Shown: positions 43,031 through 52,218 of the stretch, in pieces
Numbering within the stretch: position 1 is the first letter of the stretch
How the letters are laid out: every line of letters begins with the position of its first letter
From: Nevskiaceae bacterium
GTDB lineage: Bacteria > Pseudomonadota > Gammaproteobacteria > Nevskiales > Nevskiaceae
NCBI GenBank assembly: GCA_021731445.1
Contig: JAKFXK010000025.1
Coordinates: forward strand, 1,410 to 65,409
DNA length: 64,000 nucleotides
Reading direction: 5' to 3'
The notes under the pieces: model-generated
Seen by the model: only the letters and a program-made list of their open reading frames with translations
What the model was told of the DNA's origin: nothing
Database searches by the model: none
Position numbers and translations under genes: made by a program

Positions 43031-43853
43031 GGCCTGCGGCTGCGCAAACAGGCGCGCCGGTGCCCTTCGTGGCCTGCCGCTCATCGCGGCTGCAGTCACG
43101 CTCGTCGGCTGCTCGGCAATGGGCATCCCCTGGCCGAAATCCACCGAACCGGCGGCGGCGAGCCAATCGGCGCTCTATCTCGATGCCGTGCGCGGGCTGA
43201 TTGGCCAGGGCCAGTACTACGCCGCCATCGCCCACATCCAGGAAGACCGCCGCAGCTATGGCGATACTCCGGAGCTGCGCCTGCTCGAAGCCGATGCCCG
43301 CCGCAGCCTGAAGCAGAACAAGGCCAGCGAGGCGCTCTACCAGAGCGTGCTGCGCGGCGCCTTCGACAGCCCGCTGGCGGGCAAAGCCCGGCACGGACTG
43401 GGTTTGCTCTATGCCCCGGTCAATCTCCCGGCCGCACTCAAGGAGTTCCGCGAGGCCGTCAAGCTCAAACCCACCGATGCCGACATTCGCAGCGATTACG
43501 GTTTTGCGCTGATGCAGCAGCGCCGCCTTGCCGAAGCGCGGGTGGAACTTTCCACCGCCCGTGAGCTGGCCCCAGACCACATCGCGGCGCGCAACAACCT
43601 GCTGATCCTGCTGTTCGCGCAGGGCGACGACACGGCGGCGCAAAAGCTGGCCGCAAGGTCAGGGGTGGACGCGGCCTTGCTTGCGCGCCTCAAGTCGCAG
43701 GCGCAGAGTTTCAAGGTCGCGAAGTCTCCGCGCTGGCTAGTCACCACACCCATCGAGGTCTGCCATGAACCCTCTCACCCCCCTTTGCCTCGCCCTCGCA
43801 CTGTCGTTGCCGCTGGCTGTGCAGGCCGCCGATACCCAGAAGCCGCTCGGTGA
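43011..43853 (+). CDS. TadD-like TPR lipoprotein (both ends uncertain)
   Basis: Lipobox LVGC, TPR motifs (SDYGFALM, ARNNLLILL); the 3' end overlaps the next gene by 89 nt. Confidence 0.82.
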   Translation: MWPVASKACGCANRRAGALRGLPLIAAAVTLVGCSAMGIPWPKSTEPAAASQSALYLDAVRGLIGQGQYYAAIAHIQEDRRSYGDTPELRLLEADARRSLKQNKASEALYQSVLRGAFDSPLAGKARHGLGLLYAPVNLPAALKEFREAVKLKPTDADIRSDYGFALMQQRRLAEARVELSTARELAPDHIAARNNLLILLFAQGDDTAAQKLAARSGVDAALLARLKSQAQSFKVAKSPRWLVTTPIEVCHEPSHPPLPRPRTVVAAGCAGRRYPEAAR

Positions 43854-44037
43854 CGAGAGCAAGGCCTGGCTGCAATTGCAGAACAGCGGCAGCCAGGCCG
43901 CGACCGGCCCGCGCCCGATGCCGGGCGAGATCGCCGACAACGTCTACCAGCGCTATCTCGACAGCTTCAAGCAGCCGATCCCTGCCGAGTTCAAGCGGCA
44001 GTCTGCGGGTGGTTCGGGCGATGAGTCGGGCAAATAG
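43765..44037 (+). CDS. DUF3613-like small exported Tad accessory protein
   Basis: Signal peptide; WLQLQNSGSQA...YQRYLDSFKQPIP; SD GAGG. Confidence 0.82.
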   Translation: MNPLTPLCLALALSLPLAVQAADTQKPLGDESKAWLQLQNSGSQAATGPRPMPGEIADNVYQRYLDSFKQPIPAEFKRQSAGGSGDESGK

Positions 44038-45871
44038 ATTCAAGCCCCGCAATGCGCAGCGGGGCGTCGCGGCGATCTTCGCGGCGGTTTCGCTCGTCAC
44101 CCTGCTGTCGGCAGTGGGGCTTGCCATCGACATCGGGCGGCTCTATTACGCCAACCGCGATCTGCAACGCCTGGCCGATCTCGCCGCCATAGATGGCGCG
44201 CGGGTTCAAAGCCAGTGTCTCGGCAGTGCCGGGTTGGAACAGGTGTCGGCCGAGGTCGATGCCAGCCTCAGGCGCAACCGCCTGCCGCCGGGCGTGACTA
44301 CGCTGACCCGTCTGGGCCTGCGCCGCTTTGGTGAGGATGGCTTGCAGTTTTTCCAGCCCGCGCCACCGGATCAAGCCGGCAACTCGGTGCAGGTGACGCT
44401 CAGCCGTAGTAGCCCCGCGCGCATCCTGCCGCTGTTCGCCGGCGAGCAGAGCCGCACGCTGACGGCGCGCGCGGCGGCACAGTCGCAGTGGGGTGCCTCA
44501 TATGGGATCAGTCAGCCGCTGGATGCCGAGGCCAGCGGCAGCATCAAGCCCGAATTGCAGGGCGCGGTGCTGCGCGCCAGCTTAGGGCTGGGCAGCACGG
44601 GGTCTTCCTCGGCTGCAAATGCCACGGTCAGCGTTGCGGATTTCGATTTCGATACCAATGACTTCACGGATCAACTGCCGGATGTCGACGTGCCGACGCC
44701 GGTGTTGGGCCTGCTTGCGCAGCTCGAAGCCGCGCTCAATGCCAGCGGCGATGCCGCCGCCGCACAGCTGGTCAGCGCCTACGCCGCAGCGGTTGCGGCA
44801 GGCCGCCCCGGTGACAACGTCATTCCCGCCGAGGTGCTGGGCCTGCCGGCGCAGGGCAGCTACGACGGCGCGACCACGACAGTGGGCGGCGTGCTGGATG
44901 CCATCACCGGCGCCTTGAGTGAAGGTGAAGTGATCGAGCTGCCGCCGCTGTGCGAGCTGCTGCCGGCCGTCCGCGACCTGCCCACCGCCCAGCTGTTGCC
45001 GGCGCTGTGCGACAGCACGGCCAGCGTCAGCATCCCGCAGGGCAGCCGCACCGGCAGCAGCACCTCTTCGACGCAGATTCTCGATGTCAACGAAAGCAGC
45101 GAGGATTCTGCCCGCACCGGCAGTGGCCTGGTGCGGGTGCGCATCCGGCTGGTCAATCCCGTTAATGGCCAGCCCATCGAAGTGCCGCTGGTGGCCAGGG
45201 TCGGCCGCGCGCGCGTCAGCGATGTGCGGCCGGTCGACTGCCAGCGTCTGGGGCAGGCCATGAACGTGGTCAGTGTCACCGCACAGGGGGCGGAGGCGGT
45301 GTTTGCCATTGGTGACTCCGGCAGCTTCACGGCGGCGTTTGGCAGGGCGGATGTGGATGTGACCACTGTGCTCGATGATGTCGGTCCGGTACCCATCCTC
45401 AGCGTCGGCATCGCCGAGCTGTTGACCAGCGCTGGTCTCGGCGCGCTGGCGGTGGGATTTCCAGGGCAGTCCCTGACCGTGAGCGCCTACGTTGCCCCGG
45501 TGCGGGTCGGGGATAGCAGTAGCGAGACGTTCTGCATGCAGGGTCCACCGTTCAATGTCGAGGAGCGCTGCGATGGTTCACGCTCCTCGGTCGGCGGTGA
45601 AACCGCGGCAGCCATCGCCGGGCGGCTGCCGGAGGCGCTGGGCGACGTGCAACTCAGCGTGCAAGGCCTGCCACCGGCTCTCGCCAGCGTGTTGCAACCG
45701 ACGGTGGACGCGCTCACCGCACAGCTCACCAGCAATCTGCAAGGTGCGCTGACCCTCATCGCGCCGCAACTGCTGGTGCCGGTACTGGAGTCGGCCGCTG
45801 TCTCGGTCGGCGAGTCCACAGTGCGGCTGACCAGCGCCGGCGCACGACAGCCGCAAGTGTTTGCGCAGTAG
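44021..45871 (+). CDS. TadG-like tip pilin/adhesin
   Basis: Start MSRAN at 44021; QRG/VAAIF...LAIDIGRLYYANRDLQRLADLAA. Confidence 0.87.
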   Translation: MSRANRFKPRNAQRGVAAIFAAVSLVTLLSAVGLAIDIGRLYYANRDLQRLADLAAIDGARVQSQCLGSAGLEQVSAEVDASLRRNRLPPGVTTLTRLGLRRFGEDGLQFFQPAPPDQAGNSVQVTLSRSSPARILPLFAGEQSRTLTARAAAQSQWGASYGISQPLDAEASGSIKPELQGAVLRASLGLGSTGSSSAANATVSVADFDFDTNDFTDQLPDVDVPTPVLGLLAQLEAALNASGDAAAAQLVSAYAAAVAAGRPGDNVIPAEVLGLPAQGSYDGATTTVGGVLDAITGALSEGEVIELPPLCELLPAVRDLPTAQLLPALCDSTASVSIPQGSRTGSSTSSTQILDVNESSEDSARTGSGLVRVRIRLVNPVNGQPIEVPLVARVGRARVSDVRPVDCQRLGQAMNVVSVTAQGAEAVFAIGDSGSFTAAFGRADVDVTTVLDDVGPVPILSVGIAELLTSAGLGALAVGFPGQSLTVSAYVAPVRVGDSSSETFCMQGPPFNVEERCDGSRSSVGGETAAAIAGRLPEALGDVQLSVQGLPPALASVLQPTVDALTAQLTSNLQGALTLIAPQLLVPVLESAAVSVGESTVRLTSAGARQPQVFAQ

Positions 45872-45955
45872 CCGCGCAATCAAGCTCAAGCCGCCGCCGC
45901 CCGGTTAAGCTGGTGGAGTAGCCGGTCACACAGGATTCGCACAGGGAACGAGGCG

Positions 45956-48900
45956 ATGCGGGGGATCTGGGAACACATTCAGGCATCACAGGACAAGGCG
46001 CTGAAACTGGCCACGGCGCTGGCGGCGTTCTGCGTGCTTGCCACGCTGGCGCTGTCGATCCGCGCGCTGGTCAGTGCTGGCGATCTGCAGGGCCAGATCG
46101 ACCGTGACTTCGTGCTCGAATCAGCCCAGCAGCGCCTCGTCATCGGTCTGGCCGACCAGGATGCGGGCCGTATCGAAGACACCCTGCAGGCCCTGCTGCG
46201 GCAGGCGGATTACGGCTTCCGCTACTTGGCCGTGCGCAATACCGAGGGCTCGGTGCTGGCCGCACGCGGTCGCTACGAGGCGCTCAACCGCAGCACCGCG
46301 CTTACACCCGCCCTGCGTCGCTGGCTGCGCGCCAGGCTCTATACCGTTTTCGGCGAGGCCGGCCTGCTGACACTGCGTGACGGTGACCGCACCATCGGCT
46401 CGCTCGAATACGCCATCGGCAGCACCAGCGCGCGGCTGGTGCGCGACGAGGCGGTGGATCGCCTGCGCACCACCGGCTGGGTGGGCGGCACACTGGCGCT
46501 GCTGTTTGGCGCTGCTACCTTGCTGCTGCTGCGTGTCGCGCTGACGGGGGTGAGAGTGCCAGCGGGCCTGCTGGAACGCAGCAGTGGTTCTACCCCCGGC
46601 GCAGGCCGGGCCCCGCCTGCCGTGGCGGGCAGGAACCCGCCAGCCGATCCACTGCCAGCTGCCTTCGACGCCTTGCAAATCGGCCTCCTCGACATCGACG
46701 CCGAGCTGCGCGTGCGGCTGATCAACGAGGTCGCGGCCAGCCTCACCGGCTGGAGCGTGCAGGACGCGGTGGGCCAGCTGGTCTACACCGTCTTCCACGC
46801 CCGCGACGATGCCGGTGCGCCCATCGTCAGCCCGGCGGAACGCTGCATGCGCGAGCGCCAGCCGCAGCCGGCCACCGAGCTGCGGCTGCGGCCACGGGGC
46901 GGCAGCGGCCCTGATGCGATGGTGGAGGCGCGCGCGCTGCCCGCCGATGCGGGCGGCGGTGCCCGCATGCTGTTCCAGGATGTCTCCGGCCGCATCCACC
47001 AGCGCGAGGCGCTGCGCAACCAGGCGCGCGTCGCCGAGGATGTGATCGACCATCTGCTGGAGGCAGTGCTCACTACCGATACCGCCGGTGTGGTGAAGAC
47101 CGCCAACACCCGCGCGCTACGCATGTTTGGCTACAGCCCGGAGGAAATGCGGCGCATCACCATCGCGCGCCTGCTGCCGGTGCCGTTCATGAACACGCCG
47201 GGCCTCAAGCTCATCGACTACATGCCGGGTGGCGCCGCGCGCATGCCCAAGCTGGCAGGCTGGCGCAAGGATGCGACGACTTTCCCCGCCGAGCTGGTGG
47301 TGGATGCAATGCGCGTCGATGGCGAGGATCGCTTGGTCGTCATCATCCGTGACATCACCGAGCAGATGCGCAGCATAAGTCTTGCGCAGCGCCTGGGGCG
47401 GCTCCTGGACAGCGCCAGCGAGGAGGTCTACATCTTCGACGCGCAGTCGCTCTACTTCACCGAGGTCAACAAGGGCGCGCGCAAGAACCTGAGCCTGAAG
47501 CCCGACCAGCTCACCCGCATGAGCCTGGCCAGTATCGCCACGGATCTCGAACCAGCGATGCTGCAAAGCTATCTCGCGCGGCTGCGCGGCGGCGAGACCG
47601 AACACATCACCTACAAGGCCAACCACCGGCGCAGCGACGGCAGTACCTATCCGGTGGAGGTGCGGCTGTCGTTTTCGCGCGACGAGGAGCCGCCGGTGTT
47701 CATGGCCATCGCGCTCGACATCACCGAGCGCGAGGCCGCGGAAAAGCGTATGCGCCAGCTCGCGCACTACGACGCACTGACCGGCCTGCCCAACCGCACC
47801 CTGTTGTTCGACCGGCTCAAGCAGGCCATGCGTGTCTCTGTGCGTGCCGAGCGGATGCTGGCGGTGCTGTTCATGGATCTCGACGGCTTTAAGCCGATCA
47901 ACGATGTCCACGGCCACGAGGCTGGCGACTCGGTGCTGCAGGCCGTGGGCGACCGCCTCAATGCCGGACTGCGTGCGGCAGATACGGTTGCCCGTTTCGG
48001 CGGCGACGAGTTTGTGGTTCTGGCCCACAGCATCCGCGATACCGACGACGCGCTGACCCTGGCCGGCAAAATCCATGAACTGTTCAAGGTGCCGTTCGAC
48101 ATCCGTGGCCAGAAGGTGGCGCTGTCCGCCAGCGTCGGCGTCACCCTCTATCCCGCTGACAATTGCGATGCCGAGGGCCTGCTGCGCCACGCCGATGCCG
48201 CGATGTACGAGGCAAAGCAAAAAGGCCAGGGCCGCACGCAGCTGTTCCAGGCGGCCAACGTGGACAGCAGTAGCGCCAAGCCGAAGCCGCAGCGGGTTGA
48301 TCTGGCGCGGGAGATCCACGCCGGGCTTGCCACCGGCCAGTTCCAGATACAGTTTCTGCCCGTGATCGGCGCGGCAGGCGAAGTGGCCGGTGCCGTGGTC
48401 GATTTCTACTGGCAGCACCCGGAGTTTGGCCGCGTCGATTCACGCGACACGGTGCAGGCTGCAAGGCGCGCGGGGCTGAATGCCGAAATCGAGAATTGGA
48501 TGCTGCGCGAAGCCGCCAGCCAGTATCGCCACAACCAGCAGCAGGACCTGCCGCAGCTGCCGGTGTTGCTGCCGCTCACCGGCCGTCAATGGCGCGATCC
48601 GGAGTTTTCGGAGCGCCTGCGCAACCTCATGGAAATGGCCGGCGCGCCATTCAAGTTGTTGATTCCGCTCATCGACGGCAGCGACTGGCTTGATGCCGCA
48701 GGTAGCGTGCAGATGCTCTGGCCGCAGCTGTTGCAGCAAGGCCTGCGCATCGCGGTGCGCAACCCCGATGTCAACGGCCCGCTGGAAGGCATCGCCTTGG
48801 CGGTGTTGCCGGTGCAGGGTGACAGCGCAGCGGAAGAAATCCGGGTACTGGCAGAGATGCGGCGCTACCAGAACATCGAACAGCCCGTGCTGCTCGAAGG

Positions 48901-49036
48901 CGTCGGAAGCGCCTCGCAGTGGGATCGCCTGCGCAAGGTGGGCGGCCGCCATGCCTGCGGCAGCGGCCTGCAGGCGGCGCTGACGCCGCTGGAGTTTGGC
49001 GTGTGGCTGGGTGCGCGCGAGGCCAAGCCGCTGTAG
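45956..49036 (+). CDS. Membrane-bound PAS-PAS-PAS-GGDEF protein with a degenerate EAL domain
   Basis: Two TMs, three PAS-like repeats, HYDALTGLPNR, DLDGFK, RAAD...RFGGDEF; the EAL position reads GAVVDF. Confidence 0.9.
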   Translation: MRGIWEHIQASQDKALKLATALAAFCVLATLALSIRALVSAGDLQGQIDRDFVLESAQQRLVIGLADQDAGRIEDTLQALLRQADYGFRYLAVRNTEGSVLAARGRYEALNRSTALTPALRRWLRARLYTVFGEAGLLTLRDGDRTIGSLEYAIGSTSARLVRDEAVDRLRTTGWVGGTLALLFGAATLLLLRVALTGVRVPAGLLERSSGSTPGAGRAPPAVAGRNPPADPLPAAFDALQIGLLDIDAELRVRLINEVAASLTGWSVQDAVGQLVYTVFHARDDAGAPIVSPAERCMRERQPQPATELRLRPRGGSGPDAMVEARALPADAGGGARMLFQDVSGRIHQREALRNQARVAEDVIDHLLEAVLTTDTAGVVKTANTRALRMFGYSPEEMRRITIARLLPVPFMNTPGLKLIDYMPGGAARMPKLAGWRKDATTFPAELVVDAMRVDGEDRLVVIIRDITEQMRSISLAQRLGRLLDSASEEVYIFDAQSLYFTEVNKGARKNLSLKPDQLTRMSLASIATDLEPAMLQSYLARLRGGETEHITYKANHRRSDGSTYPVEVRLSFSRDEEPPVFMAIALDITEREAAEKRMRQLAHYDALTGLPNRTLLFDRLKQAMRVSVRAERMLAVLFMDLDGFKPINDVHGHEAGDSVLQAVGDRLNAGLRAADTVARFGGDEFVVLAHSIRDTDDALTLAGKIHELFKVPFDIRGQKVALSASVGVTLYPADNCDAEGLLRHADAAMYEAKQKGQGRTQLFQAANVDSSSAKPKPQRVDLAREIHAGLATGQFQIQFLPVIGAAGEVAGAVVDFYWQHPEFGRVDSRDTVQAARRAGLNAEIENWMLREAASQYRHNQQQDLPQLPVLLPLTGRQWRDPEFSERLRNLMEMAGAPFKLLIPLIDGSDWLDAAGSVQMLWPQLLQQGLRIAVRNPDVNGPLEGIALAVLPVQGDSAAEEIRVLAEMRRYQNIEQPVLLEGVGSASQWDRLRKVGGRHACGSGLQAALTPLEFGVWLGAREAKPL

Positions 49037-49040
49037 GCGG

Positions 49041-49829
49041 TCAATTCTGCTTGAGGTACTGCGCCGCCAGCCGCCCGAAGGCTTCAGTGGGCAGGGTTTC
49101 GGCACGGGTCTGCGGGTCGACCCCCGCCGCTCGGATCGCATCGGCATCGAGCAGGGTTTTCAGTGCATTGCCGAGGGTTTTGCGCCGCTGCGCGAAGGCC
49201 GTCGTCACCACTTTCTCGAACACAGCCGTGTCGGGTATCGGGAACGCGGCAGCGCACGGCGTGACGCGCACAATGGCGGAGTCCACCTTTGGCGGCGGGT
49301 CGAAGCTGCCAGGTGCGACGGCAAACAGGTTCTGGCAGGCCGCACGCGCAGCGAGGGTGACAGTGAGCCGCCCATAGTGATTGTCGTCCGGTGCGGCGCA
49401 CATGCGATCCACCACTTCCTTCTGCAGCATGAAGTGCATGTCCTGCACCGCATCGGCGTGGTCGAGCAGATGGAACAGCAGCGGCGTGGAGATGTTGTAG
49501 GGCAGGTTGCCGATCAGGCGCAGCTTGCCGCCCCGGGGTGCGAGTGCTGCGTAATCGACCGTGAGCGCATCGGCTTCGATCACGGTCAGCTTGCTGGCGT
49601 GCGCACCCACGGCCCGGTACAGGTGCGGCAACACATCGCGGTCGAGTTCCACCACCGTCAGTCTGGGCAAGCGCGCAATCAATGGTACGGTCAGTGCGCC
49701 CAGGCCAGGGCCAATCTCGACGAAATGGTCATCCGGCTGTGGATCGACTGCGCGGAGGATACGGTCGATGACGCTGCCATCGTGCAGAAAGTGCTGGCCG
49801 AAACGCTTCTTGGCAGTGTGCTTGCTCAT
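49041..49829 (-). CDS. rsmA: 16S rRNA dimethyladenosine transferase
   Basis: KRFGQHFL, EIGPGLGALT, GNLPYNIST, PPPKVDS. Confidence 0.97.
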   Translation of the reverse strand: MSKHTAKKRFGQHFLHDGSVIDRILRAVDPQPDDHFVEIGPGLGALTVPLIARLPRLTVVELDRDVLPHLYRAVGAHASKLTVIEADALTVDYAALAPRGGKLRLIGNLPYNISTPLLFHLLDHADAVQDMHFMLQKEVVDRMCAAPDDNHYGRLTVTLAARAACQNLFAVAPGSFDPPPKVDSAIVRVTPCAAAFPIPDTAVFEKVVTTAFAQRRKTLGNALKTLLDADAIRAAGVDPQTRAETLPTEAFGRLAAQYLKQN

Positions 49830-50827
49830 CGGTCTTTTCGGGCTGCCAGTTCGCAGGCGGCTTGCACCGCCGCCGCCAGTGAACCGGTATTGGCACGGCC
49901 GCTGCCCGCGAGGTCGAGTGCGACCCCGTGATCGACACTGGTGCGGATGATCGGCAGGCCGAGCGTGATATTGACCGCATGGCCAAAGCCGACATGCTTC
50001 AACACCGGCAAACCCTGATCGTGGTACATCGCCAGCACCGCATCGCCACGCGCCAGCACGGCGGGCGTGAACAGGGTGTCGGCGGGTAAAGGCCCTTCCA
50101 GCAGGAAACCCTCGGCGCGCAAAGCCCGTAGTGCAGGCTCGATCACCTCGATTTCCTCACGGCCCAGATGTCCGCCTTCGCCCGCGTGCGGGTTGAGGCC
50201 GGTGACGAGGATGCGCGGTTCGGTGATGCCGAACCTGGTGCCGAGATCGGCGCGCAGCACCCGCAGCGTGGCGATGAGCGAGGCTTGCGTGATGGCGCCC
50301 GGCACCTCCGCGAGCGGCAGGTGCGTGGTGGCGAGGGCAACGCGCAAACCACCTGCCGCAAGCAACATGACTGGCAGTGGTGCGCCCGTCAGTTCAGCCA
50401 GAAACTCGGTGTGACCGGTGAAGTGCGGATGCGCTTCAGCATCATTGATGATCCCCTTGTGGATTGGCCCCGTCACCAGCGCATCGGCCTGCCGGTCGAG
50501 ACAGGCCTGAGTGGCACGGCGCAGTGTTTCCAGCACGTAGCTGGCGTTGCGGGGTTCGAGCCGGCCGGGCTCGGACCGCGCCGGACAGGGCGTGTGCCAG
50601 ATATAGAGCAGGCCCGGCGGCAGCGGCGGCGAGGGCTTGTAGGGCTGCCAATCGCAGAGGGTCAGCGGCAGCTTGAGCTGCATCGCCCTCTGTTCAAGCA
50701 GCCCGGCATCGGCGACGGCGATCAGCGCGGCATGAGGCTGTGAGTGTTGTGCCAGCTGAACCAGCAGTTCCGGCCCGATGCCTGCGGGTTCTCCCGGCGT
50801 GACCAACAGGCGCGGTACTGCGGTCAC
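49826..50827 (-). CDS. pdxA: 4-hydroxythreonine-4-phosphate dehydrogenase
   Basis: GEPAGIGPE, GHTEFL, GLNPHAGE, MYHDQGL, RTSVDHG. Confidence 0.97.
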   Translation of the reverse strand: MTAVPRLLVTPGEPAGIGPELLVQLAQHSQPHAALIAVADAGLLEQRAMQLKLPLTLCDWQPYKPSPPLPPGLLYIWHTPCPARSEPGRLEPRNASYVLETLRRATQACLDRQADALVTGPIHKGIINDAEAHPHFTGHTEFLAELTGAPLPVMLLAAGGLRVALATTHLPLAEVPGAITQASLIATLRVLRADLGTRFGITEPRILVTGLNPHAGEGGHLGREEIEVIEPALRALRAEGFLLEGPLPADTLFTPAVLARGDAVLAMYHDQGLPVLKHVGFGHAVNITLGLPIIRTSVDHGVALDLAGSGRANTGSLAAAVQAACELAARKDR

Positions 50828-52170
50828 GAAGCCTTGGCTGCTTCCGCGGCAGGAGGGGCAGCAGGGGTGATCACGCTGCCGTTGGCGCCGCGCAGCTCCA
50901 CATACGCTTCATCGCGCAGGCGGCGCAGCCAGCTGTCGTATTCCTCGGCGGCCTTGCGCTGGCCGATGGCGGCACGCGCCTTGGCGCGGCGGCTCTCGAT
51001 GCTGGTGTCGCGCGTGCGGCGCTCGTTGACGCGGGCGATGTGCCAGCCGAACTGGGTGGTGAAGGGTGCCGAAATCTCGCCGGGCGCCATTTGATCGAGC
51101 CGGATCTGGAACTCCGGTGCGAACACGCCGGGTGGCTGGAAGCCGAGATCGCCGCCGGCATTCTTGCTGCCGGGGTCATCGGAGAACTCCTTGGCCAGCG
51201 CCTCGAAAGCTTCGCCCGCCTTCAGACGCTTTTCGAGTTCGCGGGCCTGCGCCAGCGTAGCGTTTTCGTCGCGGATGGCATTGGCCTGCAGCAGGATGTG
51301 CTGCGCCTTGGTCTCGGTCACGGTCTGCGACTCACCACCGCCGCGCCGGTCGGTGAGCTTGATCAGGTGGTAGCCCGCCGCCGAGTCGAGCACGCTGCTG
51401 ACTTCGCCAGTCTTGAGCTTAGGTGCGACGGTGGCGAACACGGTGGGCAGGTTGGCACCCTTGCGCCAGTCCATGTCACCACCCTGCAGGGCCTGCTGGC
51501 CGTCGGACTCGGCAGCGGCGAGTTGGGCAAACTCCTCGCCCTTGTCGAGCCGCTGTTTCAGGCCCAGCGCCTTGCTGCGGGCCAGTTCGCGCTGCTCGGG
51601 TGTGGCGCCTTCCGGAACGGCGATGAGAATCGCCGAGAGGCGGTACTCGGCGTCGTCGAGATTGGCCGGGTTGGCGAGGAACAGGTCGACATCCTGGTCG
51701 GTCACCGACACGCGGCTGTCGACCTCCTGCTGGCGCACGCGGGAAATCACCACCTCGTCGCGGATCTGCTCGCGCACGGCGAGAAAGTCGAGACCATCCT
51801 TGCGCACCGCTTCGGCGAACTGCGCCAGCGACATCTTGTTCTGCTGGGCGATGTTGGCAAGCACCTCGTTCAACTCGCGGTCGTCGATACGGATACCGGC
51901 TTCCTGCGCCTTCTGGGTCTGCACACGGCTGTTGATCAGGCGGTCGAGCACCTGTGTGCGCAGCACCGCGTCCGTCGGCATGGCAATGCTGCGCTCGCGC
52001 AGCTGGCTGCTGCTGATGCCGACGGCGCGCTCCAGCTCGCTCTGCAGGATGACGCCATCGTTGACCACGGCGACGATGCGGTCGATCAGCACCGGTGCGG
52101 CGTGGGTGGGCAGGGCTGCGGCAAGAGTGGCGGCAGCGAGGGTAAAGGCGGCAAAAGCGGTATCGCGCAT
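50824..52170 (-). CDS. surA: Periplasmic chaperone/PPIase SurA
   Basis: DRIVAVVNDGVILQSE and two parvulin domains; lies between lptD and pdxA. Confidence 0.96.
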   Translation of the reverse strand: MRDTAFAAFTLAAATLAAALPTHAAPVLIDRIVAVVNDGVILQSELERAVGISSSQLRERSIAMPTDAVLRTQVLDRLINSRVQTQKAQEAGIRIDDRELNEVLANIAQQNKMSLAQFAEAVRKDGLDFLAVREQIRDEVVISRVRQQEVDSRVSVTDQDVDLFLANPANLDDAEYRLSAILIAVPEGATPEQRELARSKALGLKQRLDKGEEFAQLAAAESDGQQALQGGDMDWRKGANLPTVFATVAPKLKTGEVSSVLDSAAGYHLIKLTDRRGGGESQTVTETKAQHILLQANAIRDENATLAQARELEKRLKAGEAFEALAKEFSDDPGSKNAGGDLGFQPPGVFAPEFQIRLDQMAPGEISAPFTTQFGWHIARVNERRTRDTSIESRRAKARAAIGQRKAAEEYDSWLRRLRDEAYVELRGANGSVITPAAPPAAEAAKAS

Positions 52171-52218
52171 CAGCAAGAAATCCGGTCAAACGTTGAAGAA
52201 ACGGGAGGTTAACACTTA

